Positions 21,053 through 29,805 of a stretch of DNA of 64,000 nt are shown here, piece by piece. A model generated the notes under the pieces. The model was not told the DNA's origin, searched no databases, and saw only the letters and a list, made by a program, of their open reading frames with translations. Position 1 is the first letter of the stretch. Every line of letters begins with the position of its first letter. The translations under genes were made by a program, and so were the position numbers. Origin of the DNA: a virus (taxonomy: Duplodnaviria; Caudoviricetes); the IMG/VR virus record IMGVR_UViG_3300035698_013326, positions 84-64,083 of that record, one strand, 5' to 3'.

Positions 21053-21854
21053 TCAGATTTGGACGGCGACGTCATTGAGACATTTTGATTGGAGAATGAA
21101 GAAGAAGTATGGATTGGTTCAGTATAATACTGACACAGATCCTGCCATTTTCTATGGGTTGTTTTCTTCGACGATTCCAGTTCTTCAGGCACATAAGTCA
21201 AGTGTGGTTATTATTTGGGCTGGAACAGATGCTCAGATGTTGAGGGGTTGGAGATTACATGGGAAGCCTTTTGCAAAGTGTCAGCAGGTGGATCGTATTT
21301 TGCAGCGCTCTAATGTTTATCACATATGCAGGTCGAGACAGTTAGCGAAGGATTTAGATCTGTGTGGTTTGCCATATCGCTTTGAGCGTGTTAGTCCTGT
21401 ATTGGTGGGTCAGTTTGAGGTGGGGCCTCTGGGTCCATGTGTTTACAGTTATGGCAGTGACAGGTGTCGTGAGAAGTATGGTGGTCACATTGTGGATGAA
21501 CTGAAAGTTCGGTTTCCAAATGTGAAATTTTTATCATATGATCCAGTAAATATTGTGGTTCCGTATGACTGCATTGCAAATGTGTACTCTAGGTGTTTCT
21601 TGAATTTGAGGCTAACGAAGCATGATGGGTTCCCCAACTCTGTTCTGGAGATGGGATTGATGGGTCGTCCGTCTGTGTTTAATGGGGACATTCCTGGGGC
21701 TATCCCGTGGCGTTCGACGGAAGATGTGGCGTCAGCTATTGATGCACATGTGTCAAATGTGGGATGCTGTGGGGATACTCAACTATCTGATAGTATTCGG
21801 AATGAGTTGAGTATTTCAGATGATTGGTTGGATACCGATATGTATGGGGGTTGA
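21042..21854 (+). CDS. GT-B-like glycosyltransferase
   Basis: WAGTD; C-terminal HDGFPNSVLEMGLMGRP donor-binding motif. Confidence 0.7.
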   Translation: MRINQIWTATSLRHFDWRMKKKYGLVQYNTDTDPAIFYGLFSSTIPVLQAHKSSVVIIWAGTDAQMLRGWRLHGKPFAKCQQVDRILQRSNVYHICRSRQLAKDLDLCGLPYRFERVSPVLVGQFEVGPLGPCVYSYGSDRCREKYGGHIVDELKVRFPNVKFLSYDPVNIVVPYDCIANVYSRCFLNLRLTKHDGFPNSVLEMGLMGRPSVFNGDIPGAIPWRSTEDVASAIDAHVSNVGCCGDTQLSDSIRNELSISDDWLDTDMYGG

Positions 21855-22441
21855 TGATGACATTTTTGTATGGCGCAGAATTTCACTCTAAGCGGCATAA
21901 GCATAGGGACTGGCAGATTGGTGTGGGAAGGGCATTGTGTGAGCTGTTCCACATCACAAGTGTTGTTGATTTCGGGTGTGCTATTGGGTCATTTTTGGAG
22001 GGGTTTCAACAAGTTGGGGCCATGGTGCATGGTTATGAGTTGGGATTTGAGTACTCTTCAGAGCATACACCAGAAACAGTGTTGCCATTTATTGAATTTG
22101 GAGATGTGACAAAGCCAATAAATGCGCCTGTTTCTGATTGTAGCTGGTCTATTGAAGTAGCAGAGCACATTCCTGAGGAGGGTTCGGATCTATACGTGGA
22201 GAACCTGTGTCGTGCATCTATTCGGCTGGTGGTGGTGAGTGCTGCTCCTCCTGGGCAGGGTGGTGTTGGGCATATCAATTGTCAGCCTAGGGGGTTTTGG
22301 TTGGATAAGTTCAAATCACATGGGTTTGTCTTTGATGAAGAAAAGACAAAGAGTGGATGTGAGTGTGTTTCGAATGTAAAAGGCTGTGCTAAATGGGTGC
22401 AGCAGAATCTGATGGTGCTGTCCTATGAAGCTGTACATTGA
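21854..22441 (+). CDS. Class I SAM-dependent methyltransferase (glycan-associated type)
   Basis: SVVDFGCAIG, EVAEHI, SAAPPGQGG.GHINCQ...W. Confidence 0.85.
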   Translation: MMTFLYGAEFHSKRHKHRDWQIGVGRALCELFHITSVVDFGCAIGSFLEGFQQVGAMVHGYELGFEYSSEHTPETVLPFIEFGDVTKPINAPVSDCSWSIEVAEHIPEEGSDLYVENLCRASIRLVVVSAAPPGQGGVGHINCQPRGFWLDKFKSHGFVFDEEKTKSGCECVSNVKGCAKWVQQNLMVLSYEAVH

Positions 22442-23363
22442 TCGTTATGATGAAACCACGTCGAGGTTGGATGGTAAGACGTTGTTTTGTAATCGTTTGG
22501 GCACATCCTTAAAGGAGGGTGGGCTGTTTGTTACTGGCGATCCTAATGAACAAGTGGACATTTCTTTGAATGTGGTGTGTGTTAAGCATCAAAAATCTGA
22601 TACACGAATTCTGAGATTGAATGGTGTTTGTTTTGATTTGGATAGGAACTACAAGGCTAAGAATGGGAAGCTGATTGCTGCACTGCGGAAAGCGGATGGA
22701 GTAGTGTATCAGTCTCAGTTTTCACGTCAAATGTGTGATAGATTTTTGGGAACATTTGATGGTCCAAGTCGTGTGATTTTGAATGGGACTAGGTGCAGTA
22801 GTGAGAGATGTCAAGCACCAAACAAGTATAGCTTTTTGACGTTTGCGCGTTGGCGTGTGTTTAAGAGATTGCATGATACAATTGAATCATTTTTGTTGTC
22901 GGACATAGATGATAGTAAATTGTATGTGGTTGGGGATGTGTCAGAGTCTGGTGTGGATCTACAGCAGTACAAGACAAATCCAAAGGTTGAGTTTTTGGGG
23001 CAGGTGGGACAAGGTACTCTATCGCATATTTTGTCGTTTGTTGTGGGGAGTATTCATTTGTCGTGGTTTGATTCTTGTCCTAATAGTGTGGTGGAGGCAG
23101 TGGCAGCTGGGGTTCCTGTGGTGTGTGGGAATGTTGGTGGCACAAAGGAGATTGTGGGGCCTTCTGGGGGGTTTGTGTGTGAGATAGATGATGTGTATGA
23201 TTTTGAGCCCGTTCGGGTATATGATCCTCCTCCAATTGATCGACGTGTTGTGGCTGACGCCATTCGAAAGTGTGCAATGGGTTGTTTAGTGACGAATGAC
23301 CATGTGAGTATTGATAATGTGGCAAGTCAATACCGGGAATTTATGCTTGAGGTGTGGAAATGA
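22425..23363 (+). CDS. GT4-family (GT-B) glycosyltransferase
   Basis: ADGVVYQS.FS, VI.NG, CPNSVVEAVAAGVPVV....GGTKE. Confidence 0.88.
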   Translation: MKLYIDRYDETTSRLDGKTLFCNRLGTSLKEGGLFVTGDPNEQVDISLNVVCVKHQKSDTRILRLNGVCFDLDRNYKAKNGKLIAALRKADGVVYQSQFSRQMCDRFLGTFDGPSRVILNGTRCSSERCQAPNKYSFLTFARWRVFKRLHDTIESFLLSDIDDSKLYVVGDVSESGVDLQQYKTNPKVEFLGQVGQGTLSHILSFVVGSIHLSWFDSCPNSVVEAVAAGVPVVCGNVGGTKEIVGPSGGFVCEIDDVYDFEPVRVYDPPPIDRRVVADAIRKCAMGCLVTNDHVSIDNVASQYREFMLEVWK

Positions 23364-24130
23364 GTGAGCCCCGCGTTTCAGTTGTGTCTACATTGTACAA
23401 TTATCGTCACTATGTGAAAGATATGATTGTGTCTGTGCAGTCACAGGATTTTCAGGATTGGGAGTTGGTGATTGTGGATGATGGGTCTACAGATTCTCCT
23501 TATGATGTAATTTGTCCATATGTGAAATCGGATAGTCGAATTCGATATGTGCCATTAGGGGAAAACCAAGGATATAGTACCGCAAAGAATGAGGGCATCA
23601 TTCAGGCTAAGGGTGAATATCTGGTGATGTTGGATGCAGATGATATGTTAGTTCCTGGATCAATCCGTGTACGATATGATGCATTGGAATCTGATCCTGA
23701 TTCTTGGTGGTGTCATGGTAATGCGAAGGTGTTGCGGGCTGGTAAGAAGAGGGATGATTCATTTACAACTAGAGCGAAGAGACGTGCGCAATTCATTTCA
23801 GAGGGGAAGGATCTGACTAAGTGGTATGATTCTGGGTTGATTCATGCTCAGTCTGTTATGTTGAGGCGGGATATACATAAGAAGGTTGGTCTGTATGATG
23901 AGCACTTGCCATTTTCATCAGATACAGAAATGTGGAAAAGAATAATCGGTTTGGGTCTCATGCCCATTCATGTCAACAGTTGGGTGTGTTTGTATCGAGT
24001 TCATAATGCTCAAATGCACAAGTCTGAGACGAAGAAACGTTTGATTAAGAAGTACAGAGCATATCGACGTGTGGCCACAGCTAGGCGCATTAAAGAAGGC
24101 ATTAACTTGAATAATACGAGGTTGCTATGA
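23360..24130 (+). CDS. GT2-family glycosyltransferase
   Basis: VSVV...YN, ELVIVDDGSTD, ENQG.S.A.N.G, LDADD. Confidence 0.92.
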   Translation: MSEPRVSVVSTLYNYRHYVKDMIVSVQSQDFQDWELVIVDDGSTDSPYDVICPYVKSDSRIRYVPLGENQGYSTAKNEGIIQAKGEYLVMLDADDMLVPGSIRVRYDALESDPDSWWCHGNAKVLRAGKKRDDSFTTRAKRRAQFISEGKDLTKWYDSGLIHAQSVMLRRDIHKKVGLYDEHLPFSSDTEMWKRIIGLGLMPIHVNSWVCLYRVHNAQMHKSETKKRLIKKYRAYRRVATARRIKEGINLNNTRLL

Positions 24131-24738
24131 TAATTGATGAAATGAAAGATGCTCAATTTGGATTCAAGCTTGGGTTTAGTAGGCACTATTTTTTACTGTA
24201 TTCTGTCGTGTTGGGTTTGGAGGCCTCTCAGGTATTTGAATTTGGTATTGGCATGTCTACACGTGTTCTATTGGATGCTCTGAGATATACGGGTGGTAAT
24301 TTGGTGTCCTGCGCAAATATGAATCCTTTGGTTGCTAGAATGACTGAAGATGATGTGCGTGCTGATCATTGGACATTTTTATATGGAAAGTCACAAGATG
24401 TATTATCGAATGATGTGTTAGACAAGGCGGGCATGGATGCATTAGATTTGGTTCTGCATGATGGGTCACATACTCCAAATGTGGTTCGATCAGATTTGAA
24501 GTTGATTGTGCCGAGAATGAAAAAGAATGGGATAATTTTGGTACATGATACTGAGCACAAATATACTGGCTTATTGAACAGTGTTCATTTGGCATTGAAG
24601 GACATAGGTGTGAAATGTCAATGCATGACACTACCATATGGTTGTGGCCTTACTATTGTTCGAATTGTTGGGGATCAGGGAAATGGGAAGGTGAAGTTGA
24701 CATGGGAAAAACAGAAAAAGCAAAAACAAGTGAACTAA
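24127..24738 (+). CDS. SAM-dependent methyltransferase (Methyltransf_24-like)
   Basis: VFEFGIG.ST, DLVLHDGSH, GIILVHD. Confidence 0.85.
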   Translation: MIIDEMKDAQFGFKLGFSRHYFLLYSVVLGLEASQVFEFGIGMSTRVLLDALRYTGGNLVSCANMNPLVARMTEDDVRADHWTFLYGKSQDVLSNDVLDKAGMDALDLVLHDGSHTPNVVRSDLKLIVPRMKKNGIILVHDTEHKYTGLLNSVHLALKDIGVKCQCMTLPYGCGLTIVRIVGDQGNGKVKLTWEKQKKQKQVN

Positions 24739-25421
24739 GGCACGCACTGAATCACTATATTGGAATATTGGTTGGTTTGTTGATGTCTAATATTCCACAT
24801 GAGAATTTATGCATGATTGATATTGGTGCTTTTGATGGAAGGGAAACAAGTCAATTTATTGATTTGCATCCGGGAAGTACAGCTCATGCTATTGAGCCGT
24901 GTCCAGTCAATGCAGATTACATACGACAGAAGAATACAGATGGAGTGCAGGTTCATGAGATGGCCATTGCAGGAAAAAATGGAGAGGTCTGTTTGTATGT
25001 GGGTCAGATTAAGAAATATGGGGAGTTGGGTTTGTCTTCTCAAAGCAACAGTTTGTGTAAGGGACTTGGTGGTATGATAAATAATCATACAGTGCCTGCA
25101 TTGACGTTGGATTGTTTTTGTGATGTGAACAACATAGAGAGAATTGATTTGCTTGATATCAATTGTGAGGGATCGGAGTTTTATATTCTTGGTGGTGAAC
25201 AACCGGTACATGCTTTGGATAGGGTGAATGTGATTGATTTATCCTTGCATGGAAAGTACAAGCAATTCCTTACTTCAAAGATGACTAGAAGGAAATTGGA
25301 TATCAATCGCAAATTGAAAAGTCGTGGCTTTAAGTTGATGTATGGGCATGATTTACTCAATATGAAGAAAATTCCAACGGGTCACATGCAGCAAATTTGG
25401 GCTAGGAGTAGGATGTTGTGA
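24702..25421 (+). CDS. FkbM-family methyltransferase
   Basis: IDIGAFDG, AIEP.P.N, V...TLD, IDLLDINCEGSE..IL.G; start uncertain. Confidence 0.85.
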   Translation: MGKTEKAKTSELRHALNHYIGILVGLLMSNIPHENLCMIDIGAFDGRETSQFIDLHPGSTAHAIEPCPVNADYIRQKNTDGVQVHEMAIAGKNGEVCLYVGQIKKYGELGLSSQSNSLCKGLGGMINNHTVPALTLDCFCDVNNIERIDLLDINCEGSEFYILGGEQPVHALDRVNVIDLSLHGKYKQFLTSKMTRRKLDINRKLKSRGFKLMYGHDLLNMKKIPTGHMQQIWARSRML

Positions 25422-25434
25422 CATGGAGGAGTAG

Positions 25435-25734
25435 ATGGATAATTTGATAGACATCTCTACAGATGCAAAGGGAAAGAGTGTTTGTGGCAAGCTTACCATT
25501 TGTGAGGCCCATAGGCAGTTGTATGATCTAATAGAGATTGAGGTGGATGATTCGTGTGAGCAAAAGGATAGGATGCTTTTGTTAGTCAACAAGGCTTTCA
25601 ATATGGGCATAGCACTGGTGGGGAAATTGGCGGATCGAAAGATCGAACTACTGGGGTGGGAGAAACATGAGGATGTAGAGGAGATTAAGCGCTTAAGAGA
25701 TCTTCGGATCACTCTACAAAAAAGGAAGGAGTGA
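25435..25734 (+). CDS. Hypothetical protein
   Basis: 99 aa ORF with GGAGG RBS. Confidence 0.6.
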   Translation: MDNLIDISTDAKGKSVCGKLTICEAHRQLYDLIEIEVDDSCEQKDRMLLLVNKAFNMGIALVGKLADRKIELLGWEKHEDVEEIKRLRDLRITLQKRKE

Positions 25735-25922
25735 TAATGGAAAAGCATGGGATTATGGATCATAGTAGGATCGGAGGTGGGTTTCCCTCTTCCAGAGATT
25801 GGAATATGCCTACCGTGAGATGTGCTGTGGTAGATTGTGTGGCGAATCGGAATGGGGAGTGTGTATGCCCCAGTCTTGTTGAGATTGGGAATGATGGCAA
25901 ATGTGTGGGAGCTAAGAAATGA
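25731..25922 (+). CDS. Small Cys-rich protein (DUF1540-like)
   Basis: V.C.V.DC..N..G.C pattern. Confidence 0.5.
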   Translation: MIMEKHGIMDHSRIGGGFPSSRDWNMPTVRCAVVDCVANRNGECVCPSLVEIGNDGKCVGAKK

Positions 25923-26665
25923 ATAGTATGATCGTGGCTTACTTTACTACAGGGACCATATACGAGGAGCATGCGAAGAATTTCATTCGATCTGTGAGGA
26001 GTTTTGACCTGCCGTATGAGGTGGTGCCCATTGTGGATAAGGGGGATTGGTATGCAAATATGCAATGGAAACCTGACTTCATCAATGATATGATGATGAA
26101 ATATTATCCACGATCTATTGTGTATGTGGATATTGATGCTGTCTTTTTCAGATGTCCGGTATTATTTAACGAACTTGATGAAGATCCCAGCGTACATATA
26201 GCAGTGCATCTTCTCGATCATTCAAAGAGAAGAAGATCAAATCATCCACCAGAGTTATTGAGTGGCACTATTTATCTGAAGAACACAGTGACATCTCAAG
26301 AAATTGTGCGAAAGTGGATCAAGCAGTGTAAGAAGAGTCCAACAATGTGGGATCAGGTTGCGCTGAATCATGTGTTGAAGGAGGGCAACTATCCATATTA
26401 TGCCTTACCTGAAACATACTGTACGATCTTTGATTACATGTCTGATGTGAAAGAACCTGTGATCAAACATTATCAGGCATCTAGAACAGTTCGGAATGCA
26501 GTTCCACGTAAGCATACTAAGTTGAAATCAAAAGTTGTGGTGTCGAAGCCAAAGGTTGTGGTGTCGAAACCAAGGATTGTGGATATGAGTGTGGTGAAGT
26601 GTCATCCAGCGACATCTGTTCGTAGGGGTGGCGTGACTCGTATTGGCAGGAAACGTAGACCTTAA
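25919..26665 (+). CDS. Nucleotide-diphospho-sugar transferase (GT-A) with basic C-terminal tail
   Basis: KP.FI, YVDIDA (DxD), SGTIY, WDQ..L, HYQASR; Lys/Arg-rich tail. Confidence 0.8.
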   Translation: MNSMIVAYFTTGTIYEEHAKNFIRSVRSFDLPYEVVPIVDKGDWYANMQWKPDFINDMMMKYYPRSIVYVDIDAVFFRCPVLFNELDEDPSVHIAVHLLDHSKRRRSNHPPELLSGTIYLKNTVTSQEIVRKWIKQCKKSPTMWDQVALNHVLKEGNYPYYALPETYCTIFDYMSDVKEPVIKHYQASRTVRNAVPRKHTKLKSKVVVSKPKVVVSKPRIVDMSVVKCHPATSVRRGGVTRIGRKRRP

Positions 26666-26679
26666 GTAGGAGAGAAGAG

Positions 26680-27111
26680 ATGGAAAGACCGAAGGTGTAT
26701 TATGCAATTCCTATCAGAGGAAAGAAGGGCACTGATGCTACCATGGAGGACATGGCAGAGAATTGTGCCAGGGCTAAGAAGAACATCGATGCACTTCAAG
26801 TGATCATTCCGGATATTGAGTGGATATCCGTGGCCCCATATGATCGTATTGTGCAGTACTTGCTGGGTCATGGGCATGTGACTATTGATCATGTCTTGGA
26901 GGCTGATTTCACGTTGGGTGATTTGAGTCAAGGATTGTTTGCCCATATGTGGGAGCCCTCTGGTGGGGCTGAGGCTGAGCTTGCTCGTCAGCTGGAGAGG
27001 AATAAGCCTTGTCTTCGATTGGAAGCTTGTCCTTCCGCAATTTGGAAGTGCGACTGGGCATTGATAGAGGATTTCAGAGACAGAGTTGTGAGCTATTACA
27101 TCCGTTTGTGA
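26680..27111 (+). CDS. Hypothetical protein, possible nucleoside deoxyribosyltransferase-like fold
   Basis: KVYYA.P..G start and S.GA..E motif. Confidence 0.4.
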   Translation: MERPKVYYAIPIRGKKGTDATMEDMAENCARAKKNIDALQVIIPDIEWISVAPYDRIVQYLLGHGHVTIDHVLEADFTLGDLSQGLFAHMWEPSGGAEAELARQLERNKPCLRLEACPSAIWKCDWALIEDFRDRVVSYYIRL

Positions 27112-27125
27112 GCTATCACATCCGT
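27086..27125. repeat. 20-bp tandem direct repeat TTGTGAGCTAT(T/C)ACATCCGT x2
   Basis: Seen directly; second copy contains dyad TGTGA-GCTA-TCACA. Confidence 0.85.
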
Positions 27126-27159
27126 CGTTGCAATCCGTAACTGAGTAAGGAGGAGAGGT

Positions 27160-28509
27160 ATGACTATGGATTTGTCTGCATTTCGTGAGAGAGTATGGAA
27201 ACTCAAAGAGGAACATCCTGATTGGGGCCGTTTGACTATGGCCAGGGAGCTGGATGTCCCTGAAGGCAGGGTGCGTCGGGCCATGGCGTGGCTGGAGAAG
27301 AATGGTTCGGGGGCATACTCGTTACTAGAGAGTGGAGATTTGGATCAAGCATGGTTGAATGCCCCATTGGGTGCGCCTGTGGAAGAGATCAAGAAGGACA
27401 TCGGCCAAGAGAAGGCCACTATCACAACGAAGTCATTGCACATCAAGACACTGGAGGACCTACTGAAGGTGTCGGAAGTCGATATGGAAGTTTGGGATGT
27501 TGAGCGCCATGTTGTCAACTCGTGGGAAGTTACTATGGGTAAGGACAAGACAGGGACTGATCTTCCACAGACCTTCACGAATTATCAGGTCAAGGCATGG
27601 TTGAAGAAGCGGAATGTCAAGACTCCGGAAGTGGTGATGGATAATCTGGTCAACAGTCTTCGCAGTTTTGCTCCGATTTACACACCAATGAAGTATAAGA
27701 CAGTGGAAGACCCTCATCTATTGGAGATCTGTCTGTATGATCACCACTTTGGCATGTTGGCGTGGCGTCATGAAACTCGTCAGGACTATGATATCAAGAT
27801 TGCAGAGAGGTTTTATCTGAGAGCTGTGCAGGATCTGCTTCAGAAGGTCAAGTATTTCAATGTTGAGGAGATCTTGATTCCATTCGGGCAAGATTTCTTC
27901 CATCTGAACGATCCGACAGCGACAACTCCGAAGAGCAAGAACCGGCTGGACTGTGATTGCCGATTCGCCAAGGTGTTTGAGGCTGGGAAGATGGCATTCA
28001 TTCGTGCCGTCGAGTTGTGCCGACAGGTGGCTCCGGTGAGTATCCTTTGGGTGCCGGGCAATCATGATCCTGAGTCATCGTACTATCTGGCGCAGGTTAT
28101 GGACGCATTGCATACGCATGATCCTAATGTGAGTGTCAATTGTGCTCCGAACACGAGGAAGCATTACAAGTATGGTGTCAACTTCATTGGGTACACACAC
28201 GGTGATTCAGAGCCTGTTCGGGATTTGCCTAGAATTTTCATGGATGAATATACAAAGGATTGGGCCGAGACTCAGTATCGTGAGATTCACATCGGTCATG
28301 TTCACAAGAAGAAGAGAATGGACTTCATCTCTACGGAGTCATTTGGGAGTACATCAGTAAGGGTGATTCCTTCGCTATGCAGCACTGATGCATGGCACTA
28401 TCAGCAGGGTTATGTGGGTAAGGACAGGGCGGCTCAAAGCTTCCTGTGGCATAAGGAGGAGGGCCTGATTGGTTCGTATCTGACACATGTGCTGGGAGAT
28501 GATGTGTAG
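27160..28509 (+). CDS. HTH + calcineurin-like metallophosphoesterase
   Basis: N-terminal HTH-like (MARELDVPEGRVRR); D.H.G, G.D.FH, GNHD, HGD, GH.H motifs. Confidence 0.85.
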   Translation: MTMDLSAFRERVWKLKEEHPDWGRLTMARELDVPEGRVRRAMAWLEKNGSGAYSLLESGDLDQAWLNAPLGAPVEEIKKDIGQEKATITTKSLHIKTLEDLLKVSEVDMEVWDVERHVVNSWEVTMGKDKTGTDLPQTFTNYQVKAWLKKRNVKTPEVVMDNLVNSLRSFAPIYTPMKYKTVEDPHLLEICLYDHHFGMLAWRHETRQDYDIKIAERFYLRAVQDLLQKVKYFNVEEILIPFGQDFFHLNDPTATTPKSKNRLDCDCRFAKVFEAGKMAFIRAVELCRQVAPVSILWVPGNHDPESSYYLAQVMDALHTHDPNVSVNCAPNTRKHYKYGVNFIGYTHGDSEPVRDLPRIFMDEYTKDWAETQYREIHIGHVHKKKRMDFISTESFGSTSVRVIPSLCSTDAWHYQQGYVGKDRAAQSFLWHKEEGLIGSYLTHVLGDDV

Positions 28510-28582
28510 AAGGGTCATAGGAGCTGTTCTGACAGCCTGTGGTTGACGAAGTGTCGGTGTGGGCAGTCTGGGTGTGGGTATG

Positions 28583-28614
28583 AAGAAAAAGCCCTCTAAT
28601 CGTCTCAGAGGGCT
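28583..28614 (-). terminator. Intrinsic terminator for the minus-strand island
   Basis: AGCCCTCT/AGAGGGCT stem next to an A-tract on the + strand. Confidence 0.6.
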
Positions 28615-28640
28615 CTCAAGTATCTCATTTCTTTCCGGGG

Positions 28641-28680
28641 AGGTGGGTCGGCAACACCAGCTGACTCACCTTTTCTTTTT
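28641..28680 (+). terminator. Intrinsic terminator ending the plus-strand late operon
   Basis: GGTGGGTCGGC/GCTGACTCACC stem followed by TTTTCTTTTT. Confidence 0.8.
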
Positions 28681-28682
28681 GA

Positions 28683-29039
28683 TCAGGAAGCACCTTTGAT
28701 CATTTGAAAGTCCTTTCCTTGTGGGGAGGCCTGGAATATCACCTGTTTTGAGCTTCTATGAATGGCAATCCCTTCGATCTCGTGGATCATGTATCCCTGT
28801 TCGGCCATTAGGGCAAGCTCCTCATCGGTGAACCACTCCATGAGCTGATTCAGGGATTCAAAGCCAAAGATGTGCTTTTCATGCATAAGATACAGCATGG
28901 TCATCTGCTCATCTTGTGGTGTGGGATGGAGTTCTTTGGTTAGAGAGCCATGATCCTTGATCATTTTGTCGAGTGAATGTCCACCAGTCCGGTAGGGTCC
29001 ATTGCCATCTTTGTTTTGTATTCTGTAGAAAATAGGCAT
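28683..29039 (-). CDS. Hypothetical phage protein
   Basis: 118 aa; YRIQ...G.GPY and FGF.S..QL..WF pattern; GGAG RBS. Confidence 0.65.
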   Translation of the reverse strand: MPIFYRIQNKDGNGPYRTGGHSLDKMIKDHGSLTKELHPTPQDEQMTMLYLMHEKHIFGFESLNQLMEWFTDEELALMAEQGYMIHEIEGIAIHRSSKQVIFQASPQGKDFQMIKGAS

Positions 29040-29065
29040 TGGTATTCTCCAACCTTATACCGTGA

Positions 29066-29467
29066 TTATTTGGAAAAGGTTACTAGGAAAAAGATTCCAG
29101 CAGTCAAAATAAAAACCATAGCGGGTTCAGGTACACCATGTCTGCATCTGGGTGGGTCAGGGAAGCATCGTCGGGGATCGCCCTTCCAGGGTGACGATCC
29201 GCTAATTCCTCCAGAATGGCCTCCGCCTGGGAGACGACATGAAAGAGGGTCGGATAGTCCTCCCCTTCTAAGACTTGGATCAATCTTCTGTAGCTCTTCC
29301 CACCAATTTGGCCCTGAGGGGTTGGTGGACCATTGGGCAACTACACTCTGCCCAAGGTACTCTATTAACGGGATTCTATCCCAATTTACCAGCTCCTCAC
29401 CAACACAGCGTGTAGATGGGAGAAGGCACGCAAGAATCAGTATCAACTGTGCGAGACACATTCTCAT
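29066..29467 (-). CDS. Secreted protein with PEP-CTERM-like sorting signal
   Basis: N-terminal hydrophobic signal; C-terminal VPEP + hydrophobic helix + K; AGGAG RBS. Confidence 0.7.
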   Translation of the reverse strand: MRMCLAQLILILACLLPSTRCVGEELVNWDRIPLIEYLGQSVVAQWSTNPSGPNWWEELQKIDPSLRRGGLSDPLSCRLPGGGHSGGISGSSPWKGDPRRCFPDPPRCRHGVPEPAMVFILTAGIFFLVTFSK

Positions 29468-29469
29468 GG

Positions 29470-29637
29470 TCAATTCTCCTCTTTCTGCATCACTTTCAAT
29501 GCCTGAACCAGAAGACCATAGCTATATGTTTCCAGCGCCTTGTGAAATTGCCCACCATGTTCAGGTTTGCTAGATGTCTTTTCCACATGATTAACGATCT
29601 CGTTTATGGCGTCCGTTTTATCTTGTGTTGCATTCAT
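29470..29637 (-). CDS. Small hypothetical protein
   Basis: 55 aa with GAGGAG RBS, downstream of a promoter. Confidence 0.6.
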   Translation of the reverse strand: MNATQDKTDAINEIVNHVEKTSSKPEHGGQFHKALETYSYGLLVQALKVMQKEEN

Positions 29638-29671
29638 GTTTGATCTCCTCAAAGGTTCCTTGTATACCTTA

Positions 29672-29703
29672 AGTATAACACACATGGGAGAGAATGCAAA
29701 TGA
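29672..29703 (-). promoter_or_regulatory. Early-type promoter TTGCAT-N16-TATACT
   Basis: Matches the recurring motif. Confidence 0.7.
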
Positions 29704-29707
29704 CATG

Positions 29708-29759
29708 AAAGAAAATAGGGCTCCAAAGCCCGGAACACTAGCCCGTTACTTTGGAGCCC
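29708..29759 (-). terminator. Intrinsic terminator after the DUF932 gene
   Basis: GGGCTCCAAAG/CTTTGGAGCCC stem with U-tract on the minus strand. Confidence 0.7.
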
Positions 29760-29805
29760 ATGGAGGGGAGGGAGGTGACCAAACCTCCCTGTGATGAAAT
29801 TCTTG

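Noticed and set aside
28977-29573. 198-aa plus-strand ORF
   Set aside because: Shadow of minus-strand genes that have RBSs and a promoter
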